Part shown: positions 11,927 through 25,579 of the stretch, one piece after another | How the letters are laid out: every line of letters starts with the position of its first letter | Position numbering within the stretch: position 1 is the stretch's first letter | DNA from: Nageia nagi | Taxonomy: Eukaryota; Plantae; Pinophyta | Assembly (NCBI GenBank): GCA_050084985.1 | Contig: JBITNC010000002.1 | Span: 4,898,001 to 4,962,000 of the forward strand | DNA length: 64,000 nt | Reading direction: 5' to 3' | Notes under the pieces: generated by a model | Databases searched by the model: none | Told to the model about the DNA's origin: nothing | Seen by the model: only the letters and a program-made list of their open reading frames with translations | Program-made: the position numbers and the translations under genes

Positions 11927-13774
11927 AGCTAATCATCCTTGTGATATCTTCAAAAGACAAAAATATTGTATGAGATTGAAATTTATGTAAAGATTGTATA
12001 ATGCTTTTAGTTCTTGGATTCTACTAAATTTAAAAGATGTGAATGGATTGTTGTGTAGTTTAATGCATTTGAAATAAATAAAATAATCATTTGCATGGTG
12101 TTGGCCTGTGATTTTTCCTTCTTAATAATACATTAAGAAGTTCTCATATTAATCAAATATGGTGTATTTTAAGAATGGTTTTATTGATGTGATACATTAT
12201 GGATGATTAAAATAATTTACGAATTGTAACAATCCATGATTAGGTTTTATTATGATTGAAGGTAATCTAGATGTCATTGCACTTATGATAATGTAGTATG
12301 ATTTATAGTTTAAATGTTGAATGAATTAAATAATGCAAAGTTAGAATTTTATTAGCATAAATAAGGATGTGTTCTTCGATATGTATTATTTCATATTTTA
12401 TATACATATATATATTAAAAAAAAGTTTTGAGGACTTTTATGTATTGTAAGGAAATTAGTGCAAGTATGATCAATGAATGTATAGTGTTTATATTTAATC
12501 ATTTAATAATTTTTTTTAATGTTTAAATAAAGTTGGATAAAATCAAACTATAGTGGGATAATCTCATAATGGTTGTTTTAGTTAAACAATGGTAAACAAG
12601 TGAAAAATACTCATATCCTTTGTTAGGTGATGACAAGGAGTAGTGGTTGAAAACTTTGCACCTGTGTTGGGTGATGACAAAGGTAGGAGTAATTTTTTTA
12701 CACACTGAAGTAAAAAGAGGAAATGAATGTTTCATAGGTGAGTATGAATAATCTTTGGAAGTGTGTTATCTTGGAGTATATGGGCCCTAAGATAAAACTA
12801 AATAACGTTGTGATCAAGATGACCTTATTACAGGTGAGGTGATTGGTAATGAAGGGATCATGGATAGGTGTCTTTTCTAACAAATGGCGTTGTTGGTAAA
12901 GTGACTCCAACAAACAATGATGTGGGATTTATTAACTTAGGCTTGAGTAATTTGGCGCATTTGAGTGTCAAACTAGCTCACAACATATAAAGTTAACGAC
13001 ATAGGTGGTCCTAATTTTTGGGTACATGTGTGTTAGTTTTAGTGAGTTTGTTGCATAGCAAGACTAACGAGTGACTTTGCTATCATTGCCTTGTAGAGAT
13101 GACATGTGACAGGTAATCGTTGCTAGTGGAGTGGCTTATGTTTGGCCAAGCTGCCAACACCACAAAAGTATAGAATTTTTTAATTAAAAATAAATATTTT
13201 ATAATAAACTTTACATTACATATATATAATATATTTTAAATATTTAAGTTGTAAAACACGAAAAATAGTTACAATTAAAAGAAATTAAAATATTTGAATA
13301 TTTAAAATATATTCATTTAAATATTTCGTAGATACATGAAAAATGAATTAAATAAATAACTCATTTAATAAATACCTCTTAGATTGATATGAAAACCACA
13401 TAAATGGGTAGATCTTTCCAAATACCTGCATAATAAGTGGTCATATGACCCCTTTTGGATCAGAACTAAGCTTTTACGAATAAAAATTGCTTAATAGAAT
13501 TCAATGAAAAAAGGACTATCAACGATCCTCAAGAGGATCGATGGAACTTAAGAAGGACCAACAGTGGCCCTTTTTTGATGCATTTGGATGTCGAGCTTCT
13601 AGTAGGATAGTTTTGGATGTCCCCTTTGTCAATCCTCATGCTCATGATGGAAAATCATGAAGGTGAATGGACCAATGGCAATCCATTTCTTGTGGATCTA
13701 AGCCCCCTACTTATGCCATGATGCTTTTGGATGTGTCCTTTGTGTTTAACCCTCATATGCAAAATGGTGAATTA

Positions 13775-16700
13775 TGTAATGTCCCCATTTTTATGGTGTT
13801 TTCCCCATTTCACCTCTGATAAATAAGAACATTAGATTAAGAGTATTTTTAATTAATTTTGACAATTTAGTAGAATTTATGCCCAATTATTATAAGTTCC
13901 ACGTGGAGAATAATTAATTACTCCAATTATGGGATGTTGGGGCCTATTTTAGTAAATTAGGAATTATTTTATATTTTTATGTCAATAATTATGTAATTAA
14001 AATAGCAAGGCCAATTATTTATTGAATGCAATATTAGTCACCATTAATGCAGTGTTGCATATATTTAGACTTGATGAATGTAATATTGGCATTAATGGGC
14101 CTCTTGTAATAATTTCTCCCATTTTGAGGTAGAGCATAATTCCAAGGTGTTTTCACCTACTATGAGGCATTGGAAGACTCCAAACTTGGACATTAGGCTT
14201 GAGGAGGGAGATTGGAAAATCAAGATGTGAAATTGGGCATCCCAAAACACCCATGTCTCCCTTGGAGAGTCCTAAACCGAATTTGGTGATATTTAGGCAC
14301 ATGGAAGACTCACATAACCCAATTTTGTCATTCCTAGCCCTTGGATGTGATCACTCCCATCTTGAGGCATCTTAATCTTAGACGTGAGGTATGAGAGCAT
14401 ACGGATCACCCTTGGATATGATTGTATGAGATCACATCAATTTCTATGCATGATTAAAAGAGCTACCTCATCTATATAAGGAGGATTCCTGGAATACTAA
14501 AGGCATGTGATTATTATTACTTCTACAACGGGCGTTAGGAGAGAGGATTAACATGGAACTAGAGTTGTTTGCTCAACACTAGGAACTAACTGCAGATTTT
14601 TGCATGCTGGGAAGTGGGGGATTTGCACGCTGGGGAGACAATTTTTCCACTACGTGTGCTTCAAATCTATGTTTAGCATCCACAAGGCTTTGGCTTAGCA
14701 AGATTTTAGGCATGGCTCTTCAATAGTTTTTTGGATTGTATTTACTCTCATAGGCTCCTGTTAATATTTTAAATTTCACAACAAATGCAAAATGAAACAA
14801 GGATTCCACTGCACAATGTTGTTGCCTCTGCAAAACCCGTAAGACATCTCAGTGTCAACTCCCATAGCTGTCGTGCCCTTTTCATCGTTGGATGCCCATA
14901 GCTTCATACTGGCAATTCTTCACCCAGGCATCGACATTAGACTCCCAACCTTACCACCCATTGAACCTTAAGCCAATTCTTCCTTGTTGCAGGCCTACAT
15001 TGACTAACACAAAGCCACCACTACCCCCATAATCAAAAGGTTAGGTTTCCTAATCTGCTTCCTAGAGGCAGAAACATTTTGTCAAACACTTTGCATGCTT
15101 CCTCTATTTGCTAGATTGTTTGTTTTGTCAAACAGTCTTTTGGGATACCATGGCATCTCTCACATAGATTTTTGAACATTTTGTATTGTCCCCTACTAAG
15201 AAGGAGAAGACAACAAGAGGAATTCTTGTTGATCACTCTAATGTGGATGCTTGGGATACACTTGTTAGTGAAGCCCAGTAAAGGCCCATTTCCAAGGTAG
15301 AACCTATATATGAATAATTGCTTATTATATTCCCCACATCTATAGAAGTATTGGAGACTCTATGCAGAGGCACAAATGGCTACCAATAATGATAATGCAA
15401 CAAGATAAATATTCATTTGATGCCTCTTCAATTCTCTTCAAAATTTAACAAAGTTGATGTCCTCCCTCATGGCAACAAACTCCAAACAAAAGGTTCTTAT
15501 TACTACTCTACAAGCCTAGGTACAAGAATAGGAAAATAGACTCAAAAACATGGAGACAGTCCAGACCCCTCCTACCAATAAAATACAACAGCTTCACAAA
15601 TCTATCTTTGAGATCAAAATCAAGCATTCTATGATCATTTCACAGCATGAACAATTTATACAGGTCATTACAACCCAGTAACAATCATTGCAAAAATAGG
15701 TGGATGATCAAACCTCTTGGGTTCAAGTAGCTAAAGGCAAGAAAACTTCTCCACTTATAGAACTCATTGTGAATGCAAAATTTGAAGGGAATGATTGCAT
15801 TAGTTAAAAGCCTTCAATTTGCGAGTTAAATGACTACCAAAATCCTAAGACCCTCAAAAAGCTTGTCTTGATTTTCTTCATGAAACACTAGAGTTGCAGA
15901 ATATCACAATGTAGAAAGCTTGGTTCGCTCAGGATGAATCTCTTATCATTCAACAACAAATCATCTTTAAGCCCTAAGAGCAAAAAAGAAATTATTCTCT
16001 CTCTACCAAGATCTACTTGGATGCTTACCTCACTTGCATCCAGGTTGATGAGCTTAGGAAAGCTAGAGCATTGGTAGCAGCAGCTAGGAACGATAAAAAT
16101 GGGTTGTTATTCGATATTGCAGGGAAATCATCCATGAAACCCCCCTTTGGATTGGGTTCACCCCAAACCCCCACAATAACGCTAGCATGATACCCCTATA
16201 GTGCTCACATTTATAGTTTGGAACTGTAACAACATGATTTGGTCTTCACCTAGATCAGTCTGCGACATCATTCAAAATACAAACTTGATTCTTTTACAGA
16301 GACACACGAGAGAGTTGTTAAGGGTCTTCCTCCCTTCACTAGTTATTCTTGGATCTCTAAATTTAGGACATCTACACACTCGGGTAGCTATGAGCATGGC
16401 TCAGGGGGGTTAGCCTTCTTTATCAGTGATCGCTTGCATCATAGGATGCAAGTGGAGGGGATTGACATGCATGCATGATATATTTGGCTATCCATTGCGA
16501 GACCACAACCTCTCAAGAGACTTTACATAGTAGGTTGTTATTTCCCTCCAGTGACCTCACGTTATGTCATCCATGGAGATGGTGAGTCTCCATTCTTGGA
16601 CCTCTTCCTTAAGATCTCTAGATATGCAGTGTAGGGGGATATCATCTTGGAAGGGGATTTCAATGATAGTACAGAAAGTCTTCAAGCATAGTATTTTGAT

Positions 16701-19700
16701 GAGTAGGTAGATCCTCTCCACCTTAGAGTTTTAGAGCTGGATGATGAGCTCCAGCGAGCATCTGATGATACTATGCCTACGTCAACCTATGGAAGATCTC
16801 TTCTTGAGCTTAGAGAGACTCATGACCTCATCATTTTGAATGGTATTGCTCGATTCCCCCACTCTTTTCATCACACATTTTCCTCATGTAGGTGGGTCCA
16901 GTGTTGTGGACTACATCCTTGTTAACCCCCCACTTATCTCCCTATGCCAAACCTTCTATGTAGCCCCTTATCTCCCCCTTTTTGAACATGCCCACCTGAA
17001 ACTTTCACTCACGAACTCCCCCCCCATCACCCCCTATCAAACTATCACCCCACCCTACACACACCTCATACAATCATCCACTTTGATCAATTTCTTGCCC
17101 CCAATTATAGCTTTGTCCTAAAACAAAAACTTCCCCACATGCACTCTTTCTCTTCCATCGATGATCAGGCACTTTTCCTTTCCAAGACCCTACACTCCAC
17201 TGTCATGCATATTTTCCCTCACACCATCCACCCCACCCCCGATGTCCTGGCCATTCCCTGACACACCAATGGTTTGATATGAAATGTAAATCTAGCCACC
17301 GCCAACTCAAACAAGCCATCACCTTCGCAACCCCCCCTCATGTCATCCATTCCCTACACCACTCTTACCGTCAACTCTTGAGGACTAAGAAGAGCCACTT
17401 CTTGGCCAAAAGATGATAAGAAATCATCTCAACCCTCCATAATGATCCCAAATCTTTCTAGCGCATTTTCTCACCCAAAAGACATCACACTAGTCACATC
17501 ACCTTATAGGATTAGAGCATTTATGCCTCTCGGATCTATATCGATCCCAACCACATCCCTTCACTCGTTATCACTCGCCCTTCCTCCTCTAACTTCTTTT
17601 CCCTCCCCTTGTCCATAAATCCATCATTAACCTTAGTTCTAGGAAAGTGCCTGACGTCAAAAACCTTCAAGCTGAATATCTCAAGTACGCTAGTCTCATC
17701 CTGCCCCCCTTCCTCTCCCATCTCTACAACAACATCATTTGCACTGGCTTCCCCACCCCCTAGACCTTGAACATTATCCACCCCATCCTCAAATTAGGTG
17801 ACCTTTGTGATCTGACCAATTACCACACAATTATGATTAGACACACTATGGCTAAGCTTTATGCCACCATTCTTGAAGACTACACATCTCACTTGGCAAA
17901 CGCTAGAGGCTTTAGGCTAGGAGTGCAAGAAGGTTTTCACAGAGATTATCGTACCATAAACCACATCCTCTCTCTTCAAGCGATTATTGAGGAGGCTAAG
18001 TTTTGAAAGACCTCAATTTTTAGTTGTTTGTATATTTTAGGAAGGCTTTTGATATTATCCTAAATCATAGACTCATGGATAGACTTAGACGATTGTGAAT
18101 CCCTAACCTAGGCCTTACAACCATCTTGACACTATATGAGTTAGTTTCAAGGAGGGTGCGCACTGCAAAAGGTCTATCTGATGTGATTCATAGCAGCATC
18201 GGGGTGAAGTAGGGTTGCCCACTTTCTCTGACTCTCTTTGGTCTCTATATTGATGAGTTGGAGTCACTTATACTCGAGATTGTAGGCATCGACATCGAGT
18301 GTCTTCTCCACAACACTCGTGTTCCCATCCTCCTCTTTGTCGATGATATTGTACTACTCTCACACATAGCAAAGAATCTTTAATGTTTGATGGATACCCT
18401 CGATTTGTTTAGCACCGGACAAGAGTTAGTGGTTAATCTCAATATAACCAATATTGTGGTCTTCAACACCTCTAAGGCCATTGTTGATCAAACTTACATC
18501 ACTTGCAGGGGTAAGGTTATTGAGATTACCACATCTTACACCTACCTGGGGGTATTCTTCATAGAATCTTGATTCTCTATACGAGCAACAACCCCACCCA
18601 AAGTACAGCAAGGATATGCAACAATTTCCTCCCTAGAGAGACAATGTGTCCAGCTCCATTTCCAGGATATCCCATCCAAGCTCTAGTTATTCCACACTTT
18701 TGTCCCTCCCATAGTGTTGTATGGTTTCGAGGTTTGGGGCCCTAGCTTTAGGAGCTCTGATTAGGCCACAATTGAGAGGATCTTGGTTGGCACTCTATCT
18801 CGCTTTATTTGGAGCAAGAGGTCTGTTTCGCACCACATTATGTTGGCAAAGTTTGGCTACCAATCTTTATAGATACTATCCCTTGCATTGATGGTTCTTT
18901 TTCTTCATCATCTCCACACCTTTGCTTCTATTGGTAGAGATGATCGACTCCCCTACATAGCCTTAGCATCATCCATGGACTTGGTAGCTCAAGGTTGTCG
19001 TTGATGTTGGTTTTCTAAGGTCTCCGAGGCATTGCAATGCTTCGAGTTTTCACTGGATCAATTACATGTACCCCAAGGGGACACACACAGAGACCTAGAT
19101 GATACATTGGTTTCAATCAAAGATATGCTTTACAGGGCCTATATTTAGCGCACTTGGGTTGCCCCCAACCTCCCCTCACACCCAAGTTATTGCACTACTC
19201 TCATCACTTCCTGAGTCTTGAGAAAGGGTTGATTCGACCTCTTCATTACGGTAGCCTACACCTCCCTCTTGGCTTGCAAATATTTTTAGGCCAATTCAAA
19301 GTGTGCTCCGACCAGCTTTGGATCGAGATTGATCACAATTTGGCACATGAGCCTTGAGTTTGTCGGTTGTGCTTGATAGAGCCTAAGACTGAAGATCATT
19401 TCATCTTTCGATGTTTAGTTCATTATGAGATTCGAGGATTGTATTATTATCTTTTTCGGGATGCTTGTAGCTTGATCTTGACATTCTTTCAATTCCTAGA
19501 CCATCATTGTTTGGCACTCTATCTTAGAGAGACTTTCCTTCTTAGGAAATGTCTATTATCTGACTCCCAACACCTGACAGGTGATTGCTTGATTACCTCT
19601 TTCTTTCTAGTTGCCTCAGGAGAGGGATTTCGTAGGAGGATTGAGGACTCTCCTCCGTCTACTCAATGTACCAGACAAAGGGTTCATGTTGAGCTTAGTT

Positions 19701-20728
19701 CTATGAGGTCGCAACGAATCACGACCTTCTTTAGTTGCAGCAGTGCTGATGCAAACATAGATCAACCCAGGAGAGCACAATCAGACAGATCATGAGAGAC
19801 CTCACCTCTAACTATATTTTCTTAATATGTTTTTTTGTTTGACTATTTATTTCCTTTTAGGGATTAGCCCCTATATTAGTCTTAGACTTTTCATAGTTTT
19901 CTTTGAGTGATGGTTATTGAGCCCCTCATGTTGCTTTAGACTTGTATACCCTTCAATCCCATTGATCAGTTTTGTTCATCTATGGACATTCATATAATTT
20001 CTTTTTTTCTTATTGGTTGGAGCTTGTCTCTTCCAAAATTCCACTTCTTCAGAGTGAGGTACCTATAGCGAGGTGAAGTATAGGACTTACGTGGGCACAT
20101 ATTTGGGGCTTGGTGCAACCCAATTTCTCAATTAGCTATTCAAGGGTGTTGGCATTACCCTAGATAATTGTAACACTACCAATGGATCTCTGAGATCCCA
20201 CCATAGCTATTGACGAAGCAATCCCTAGTGCAGGCTTTGCCACACTACGAATATTGAGCCCTGGAGCATCAATCTTTAGCAATAATATTGTAATTGAGGT
20301 TCATATTCAAGTACAATTACCTTATTTTGCTATCTCTTTGATATTTTTCTCCTTATGCTTATACATTGGATATTTGACATTGTTCTTGGAGTAGTATTTC
20401 ATAATTAACCTTCTTGCTTGATGTTGGGATATTAAGTGCATGATTATGGTGATTACATAAATATTATCTTCCATAAGTGAGACGTTGATCTTAGTGCATG
20501 AGATCTAGCAATTAGCACCTAGATGTTGGGTATTTTTGAGGTTGTTTACATGGTTAATGAGTTATCTTGCTAGATGTTGGGTTTGCTTGCATGATTTGTG
20601 CTTGTTTGGTGAGATCCGAAGCTGAGAAGGCCAATGTCCCTCTCCTGGGGCACGTTTGGTAGTTTTGGTTGATCCGAACTTGAGGGATTTAGGAGAAATC
20701 CCAATGAGCCCAAGTTAGGCTCATCATA
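13775..20728 (+). mobile_element. Solo LTR (~1.7 kb, Gypsy-type) interrupted by a LINE
   Basis: TGTAATGTCCCC...GGCTCATCATA (CA decayed to TA); TSD AATTA/AATTG; the empty site is visible in the paralogous copy near 21990. Confidence 0.8.
14778..19995 (+). mobile_element. Near full-length degenerate LINE, RTE-X/L2-like (ORF1 + APE-RT-Cys/His ORF2)
   Basis: ORF1 remnant ~15300-16190; APE motifs VWNC, GDFN, ILNG, SSVVDY; RT motifs HPILKLGD..NY, QEGF, FRKAFD, GVK*GCPLS, LFVDD; C-terminal SDQLWIE..C..C..EDHFIFRC..YEIR; 3' end CATTCATA without poly(A); weak TSD AATTTC. Confidence 0.85.
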
Positions 20729-21255
20729 AATTGTAAACTTGAGCTCCAAGCATAACAAGATCAAAGTATGAAGGTGGTGTCAAGATACATCATTGTATTG
20801 TTTAGCTCACCTTGGACTTGCTTGCCCTACCAAATGTCTTGTAATGATCTTCTTTTATAGTTATTTTGACACTCTTCTTGAGATCTACACCTTGCATATT
20901 ACATGGTCCTCTCTTAATATTTGCATATTACATCAATTACAATATTATTTGTTCACACAATAAATAATTGATTTGAATTAAATATAAAATCAATTTTATG
21001 TGTTTACAGATAGCCCACTTTGCAATTATGATCGAAAATGCAAGCATTTAAAAATCATGCAATCCAAAGTAAAATATGGAAGAAAACCATAGATGAACCT
21101 CTTTTGATTGTTTCCTTCTTAAGTTCTTTCGTTCCAGATCTACACTAGTATCTACTACAACAATGGCCAAATGTGTCAATATCAAAATCTTCCAAACAGT
21201 GGCTAATGTATATATATTGAGGATTATGTGGATTCATTTTATATTACATGTAGAC

Positions 21256-21360
21256 CCCAAAACATGATTGTACTTATATGTATTCATTTTGTGTTGCTTA
21301 TGGAACCCAAAACATGATTGTGCTTATGTAGATTCATTTTGTGTTGCCTATGGAACCAAA
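21256..21360. repeat. ~50-bp tandem repeat (2+ copies)
   Basis: CCCAAAACATGATTGT.CTTAT.T..ATTCATTTTGTGTTGC.TATGGAA repeated. Confidence 0.75.
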
Positions 21361-21552
21361 AATAGGAATCAACATTGGTATATGAGAAATGCCCCAATGC
21401 GTCCACTTTAGTATTGTCCAAAGCAATGGCCAACGAAGACTTGAGAGAAAAATAGGATCAAAAGAAGCTCCTTTCATATCTACTTGAATTTTGTCATAAG
21501 GAACAAAATGCTTCGAAACAGTCAAGTTCACCATTCTATAGATAATTAAAAG

Positions 21553-22265
21553 TGAATTAAAAAAATAACTCATTTAATAAATATCTCTTAGAGATGATCA
21601 TTAATTGATATGAAAGCCACATAATTGCATATATCTTTCTAAGTACATGTGAAACGAGTGGTCACATGAACCCTTTTAGATCAAAACTGAGCATTTACAA
21701 ACCAAAACTACTTCACATCATTCAATGAAAAAAGGATTGCCAATTATCTTTAAGAGGACCAATGAAACATAGGAAGGATTGATGATAACCCTTTTTTGAT
21801 AGATCTAGACACTGAGCTTCTGACAAGATAGTTTTGGATGTCCCCTTTGTCGATCCTCATGTTCAAGATGTCAAATCACAAAGATAAATGGAACGATGGC
21901 AATCCATTTCTTATGGATCCAAGCATCTCGCTTCTTCCACGATGGTCTCAAATGTTTCCTTGGTCAACCCTCATGCGCAAAATGACGAATTTTGAACTTG
22001 AGGTCCAAGTATAATAGATCCAAGTATGAAGATGGTGTGAAGAGACATCATTGTATTATGGAGCTCGCCTTAGACTTTCCTGCCTTACCAAATGTCTTAC
22101 AATGATCTTCTTCTATAGTTATTTTGATACTCTTCTTGAGATCTACACCTTGCATATTACATGGTCATCTCTTGATATTGGCATATTACATTACTTACAA
22201 TATTATTTATTAACAACATAAATAATTAATTTTAATTAAATATAAAATCAATTTTGTGTCTACAT
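21553..22265. repeat. Copy 2 (uninterrupted) of the ~710-bp repeat
   Basis: Colinear with 13345-13774 + 20729-21010. Confidence 0.85.
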
Positions 22266-22280
22266 ATTCAAAACATTAAA

Positions 22281-22284
<4 letters not shown>

Positions 22285-22357
<73 letters not shown>
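22285..22357. repeat. (AT)~36 microsatellite
   Basis: Perfect dinucleotide run. Confidence 0.98.
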
Positions 22358-22362
<5 letters not shown>

Positions 22363-22582
22363 TAAAGCATATATAATAAAATATAAATCGCAAAAAATTA
22401 AGATATTTTTTATTTTTTGTTGTAAAAATTCGGAATAAAAAATATGTAAATTTGCAAAAATGAGCAAATTTAAATGTTCATATCTTGAAAATCATAACTT
22501 GGTTTCAATTGATTTTTCAATCGTTGAAAAGCTCTTGATGAGCTCTTTCCAAATACGAGGTCAAAAATATATAATAAATTTA

Positions 22583-24030
22583 TTCATTATTATATTATTC
22601 TTGTAAAAAGAAAGATAAAAAACTATTTGAAATATATTTCACTTTTTATAAAACGTAACCACTTTTATGTAAAAAACAAATTGCAGATAACTATTATTAG
22701 ATCAAATACAAAACTTCCAAGGTTAGTATTTGACTTCATAACAAAATGAGAGCTATTAACTTAAAGAAATACTTTCCTACATATGAAATGAAAATAAATA
22801 TTTTGAAGAATACCTTAAGCTTAGGATTACCACAAGAAAATTATGCATGAAGGAGATGGCCTACAAGTTGGCTTTTATGCCAAATGAGAGGATTAGAAAG
22901 GAACTGACACCAAGATCACTTTTGGCACCTCTACAAATTCCTCAAAATGATTCTTTAGCCCACCAAAAACAATTACACCAAGAGACTAAGAACACATAAT
23001 AAACTATGAAAGATAAACTATGATAACTCTTCAAGAAGGTTACATAAACATTTTGCTTGAGGCCATAATGCTCTTATCTCTCATAAACAAGATAACCCTA
23101 ATATTGATCTATTCATCTACAAAGCTAATAACTCTAATATTTTTTAAATAATCTTCTAACATAAACTTGCTCTCTAAAAGATATATTTACTCGAGGCCAA
23201 ACTTTGCTTAAATAGGATAAATTTTATTTAGTTCACCATTTTATTGAATGGAAAATACCAAATATTTGACTTGGCTCATCCTCTTATTAGTTTTTTTCAT
23301 TATTATATTATTCTTGTAAAAAGGATTAAAAAAAAAATGAAATGTACTTCACTTTTTATAAAAAGTAACCATTTCTATATTAAAAAAAATCACAAATAAC
23401 TTTTGTTAGATCAAATACAAAACTTCCAAGGTTAGTATTTGACTTCATTAACAAAATAAGGAGAGCTATTAACTTTAAGAAATGCTTTCCTACATATGAA
23501 ATAAAAAGAAAGATTTTGAAGAATACCTTAAGCTTAGGATTACCTCAACAAAATGATTCATGAAAGAGATGACCTACCGGTTGGCTTGATGTCAAATGAG
23601 AGGATTAGAAATGAACTTTCACCATGATCACTTTTAGCACCTCTACAACTTCCTCCAAATAATTTTTTAGTCCACCAAAAATAGTTACCCCAAGAGACTA
23701 AGAACACATAATATAAAGTGGTAAAAGTCAAAATTGATAAGTAGTGATAAGCCTCCAATACAAAAGATAAACTATAATAACTATTCAAGAAGGTTACATA
23801 CGTTACATAAGCATTTCGCTTCAGGCCATAATGCTCTTATCTCTCTTAAACAAGATAACCTTAATATTGCTCTATTCTTCTACAAAGCTAATAACTCTAA
23901 AGTTTTTAAATAATCTGAAAGATATATTTACTCAAGGCCAAACCTTGATTAAATAGGATAAATATTTTATTTAGTTCACCATTTTATTGAATGGAAACTA
24001 CCAAATATTTGATTTAGTTCATCCTTTTAT
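22583..24030. repeat. ~710-bp tandem duplication in LTR-like sequence
   Basis: 22583-23290 and 23296-24030 both start TTCATTATTATATTATTCTTGTAAAAAG and are colinear. Confidence 0.9.
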
Positions 24031-24519
24031 CTAATGAGAGATATTATTGATCAAATGATATATTTTATCATAAATATTATAAGTATTTGATTTGCTTCAG
24101 CCTTTTATTCAATTCAAGATTCTATTGACCAAAGGATATAATTTATAGACAAATATGATTTGATACTCTTGTATCCATTGGAAGATACCATTGTCCAAAG
24201 GATGTACTTTATAGACAAATATCTTATTTAACCAAATATCTTAGGTATAAAAAATAATATTCAACTAATGTTAGAAATATTAATATAAATATTAATACTT
24301 CAAGTATTTAGGTGGAAGGTTAACCTAAATATATATTTATTTGTCACATCTATTTATTACACTAAAGGGATAGAAAAATATGATTAATGCTCCATTAATA
24401 TTTAGGAGTGTTAATAGTCTCATTAATACACTAAGATAATATTTAAGAATACTTATTCAATGTTGCATTATACATTCCAAAAATTATATGTTTACAACAT
24501 CCAGAATCATTAAATCCAA

Positions 24520-25010
24520 ATCTCTTCAAGATTTTATTAATCTAATTGTATGATAAGAACAATTTTTATTACGATCCTCTTCTTCAATAACATAGTTTGC
24601 TTTCTTGCCTTTATTTTCGACCTTCAATCTACATTCCTTCACAAAATGACCATATTTATTACATTGTTAAAATTGTATATTCTCTTTTCCAAATTTATCT
24701 CTTCTTCATGTTACACCACCTCTTTCTCTAAAAGAATTTTGATTTTGGTCTCTTCCATGACATTGCCCTTTTCCTTACCCACTAGAGCTTGCTCCACCAC
24801 TCTTAGAGATAGACACTTTAAAAGGTAATGTCTTTTCATCAACTTTGCTAACAATTGCTCTTGGTCTCTCCTTATGAGATATAAGAGACCCTACTAGCTT
24901 ATCAAATTCAAGAGTAGATATATGCTTACTCTTTTATAGTAATAACCACATGGTTTCATTTTAGAATGAGTATTTTAAAAACTTTTTTTACAACTACCTT
25001 CTCCATTTCT
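24520..25010 (-). mobile_element. Ty1/Copia gag remnant
   Basis: ..STLEFDKLVGSLISHKER (UBN2-like gag) and zinc knuckle CNKYGHFVKEC. Confidence 0.7.
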
Positions 25011-25579
25011 TGAAAAAAGCTTTTTAAAGGTATATGATGATTTGGAAATGGACTAGTAGAACTCAAGCGAATTGTGATGAAAGTTAAGCACATCGTTGAC
25101 AATTATATGGTATAATTGCAAAAATATGTGGCAAAAGAGGCAATTTGATGGTGACTTTCATATAAAGTACATCAAATAATATATTGTTGGAATCATCTCA
25201 AAACGAGCGTTCCAACAATATATCACATACAATAAAAGTAGTTATATAGATGAAGTTATAGTCTTTGTAAGATTACAAATTTTTTAATGTAAAATCGATA
25301 TAGCACAACAAAAGACATACATCAAGTTGAAAAATATTTTTATTTACTCCATATGAAACACTGATCGCTATACAATATTGGGTGAGGTCGGTTTGGAAGA
25401 GATTGAGATTACATATGTAATAATCAAAAGTGTTAGAATGCATTTTCACACTCTCCTTTTATAACATAAAAGATTATATAGTTATTACATGCAAGATAAT
25501 AGTCAATAGTTTAGTAGTCACTCTAAAACTTTCATGTGCCACGACCCCAAGCTTCCTATGATATAGTTCTTCTGACAAC

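Larger units (their letters stand above)
13345..21010. repeat. Copy 1 of a ~710-bp repeat, split by a solo LTR (13345-13774 + 20729-21010)
   Basis: The two halves align colinearly with the uninterrupted copy at 21553-22265. Confidence 0.85.

Noticed and set aside
22276-22467. ORF with a YI repeat
   Set aside because: Translation of an (AT)n microsatellite.
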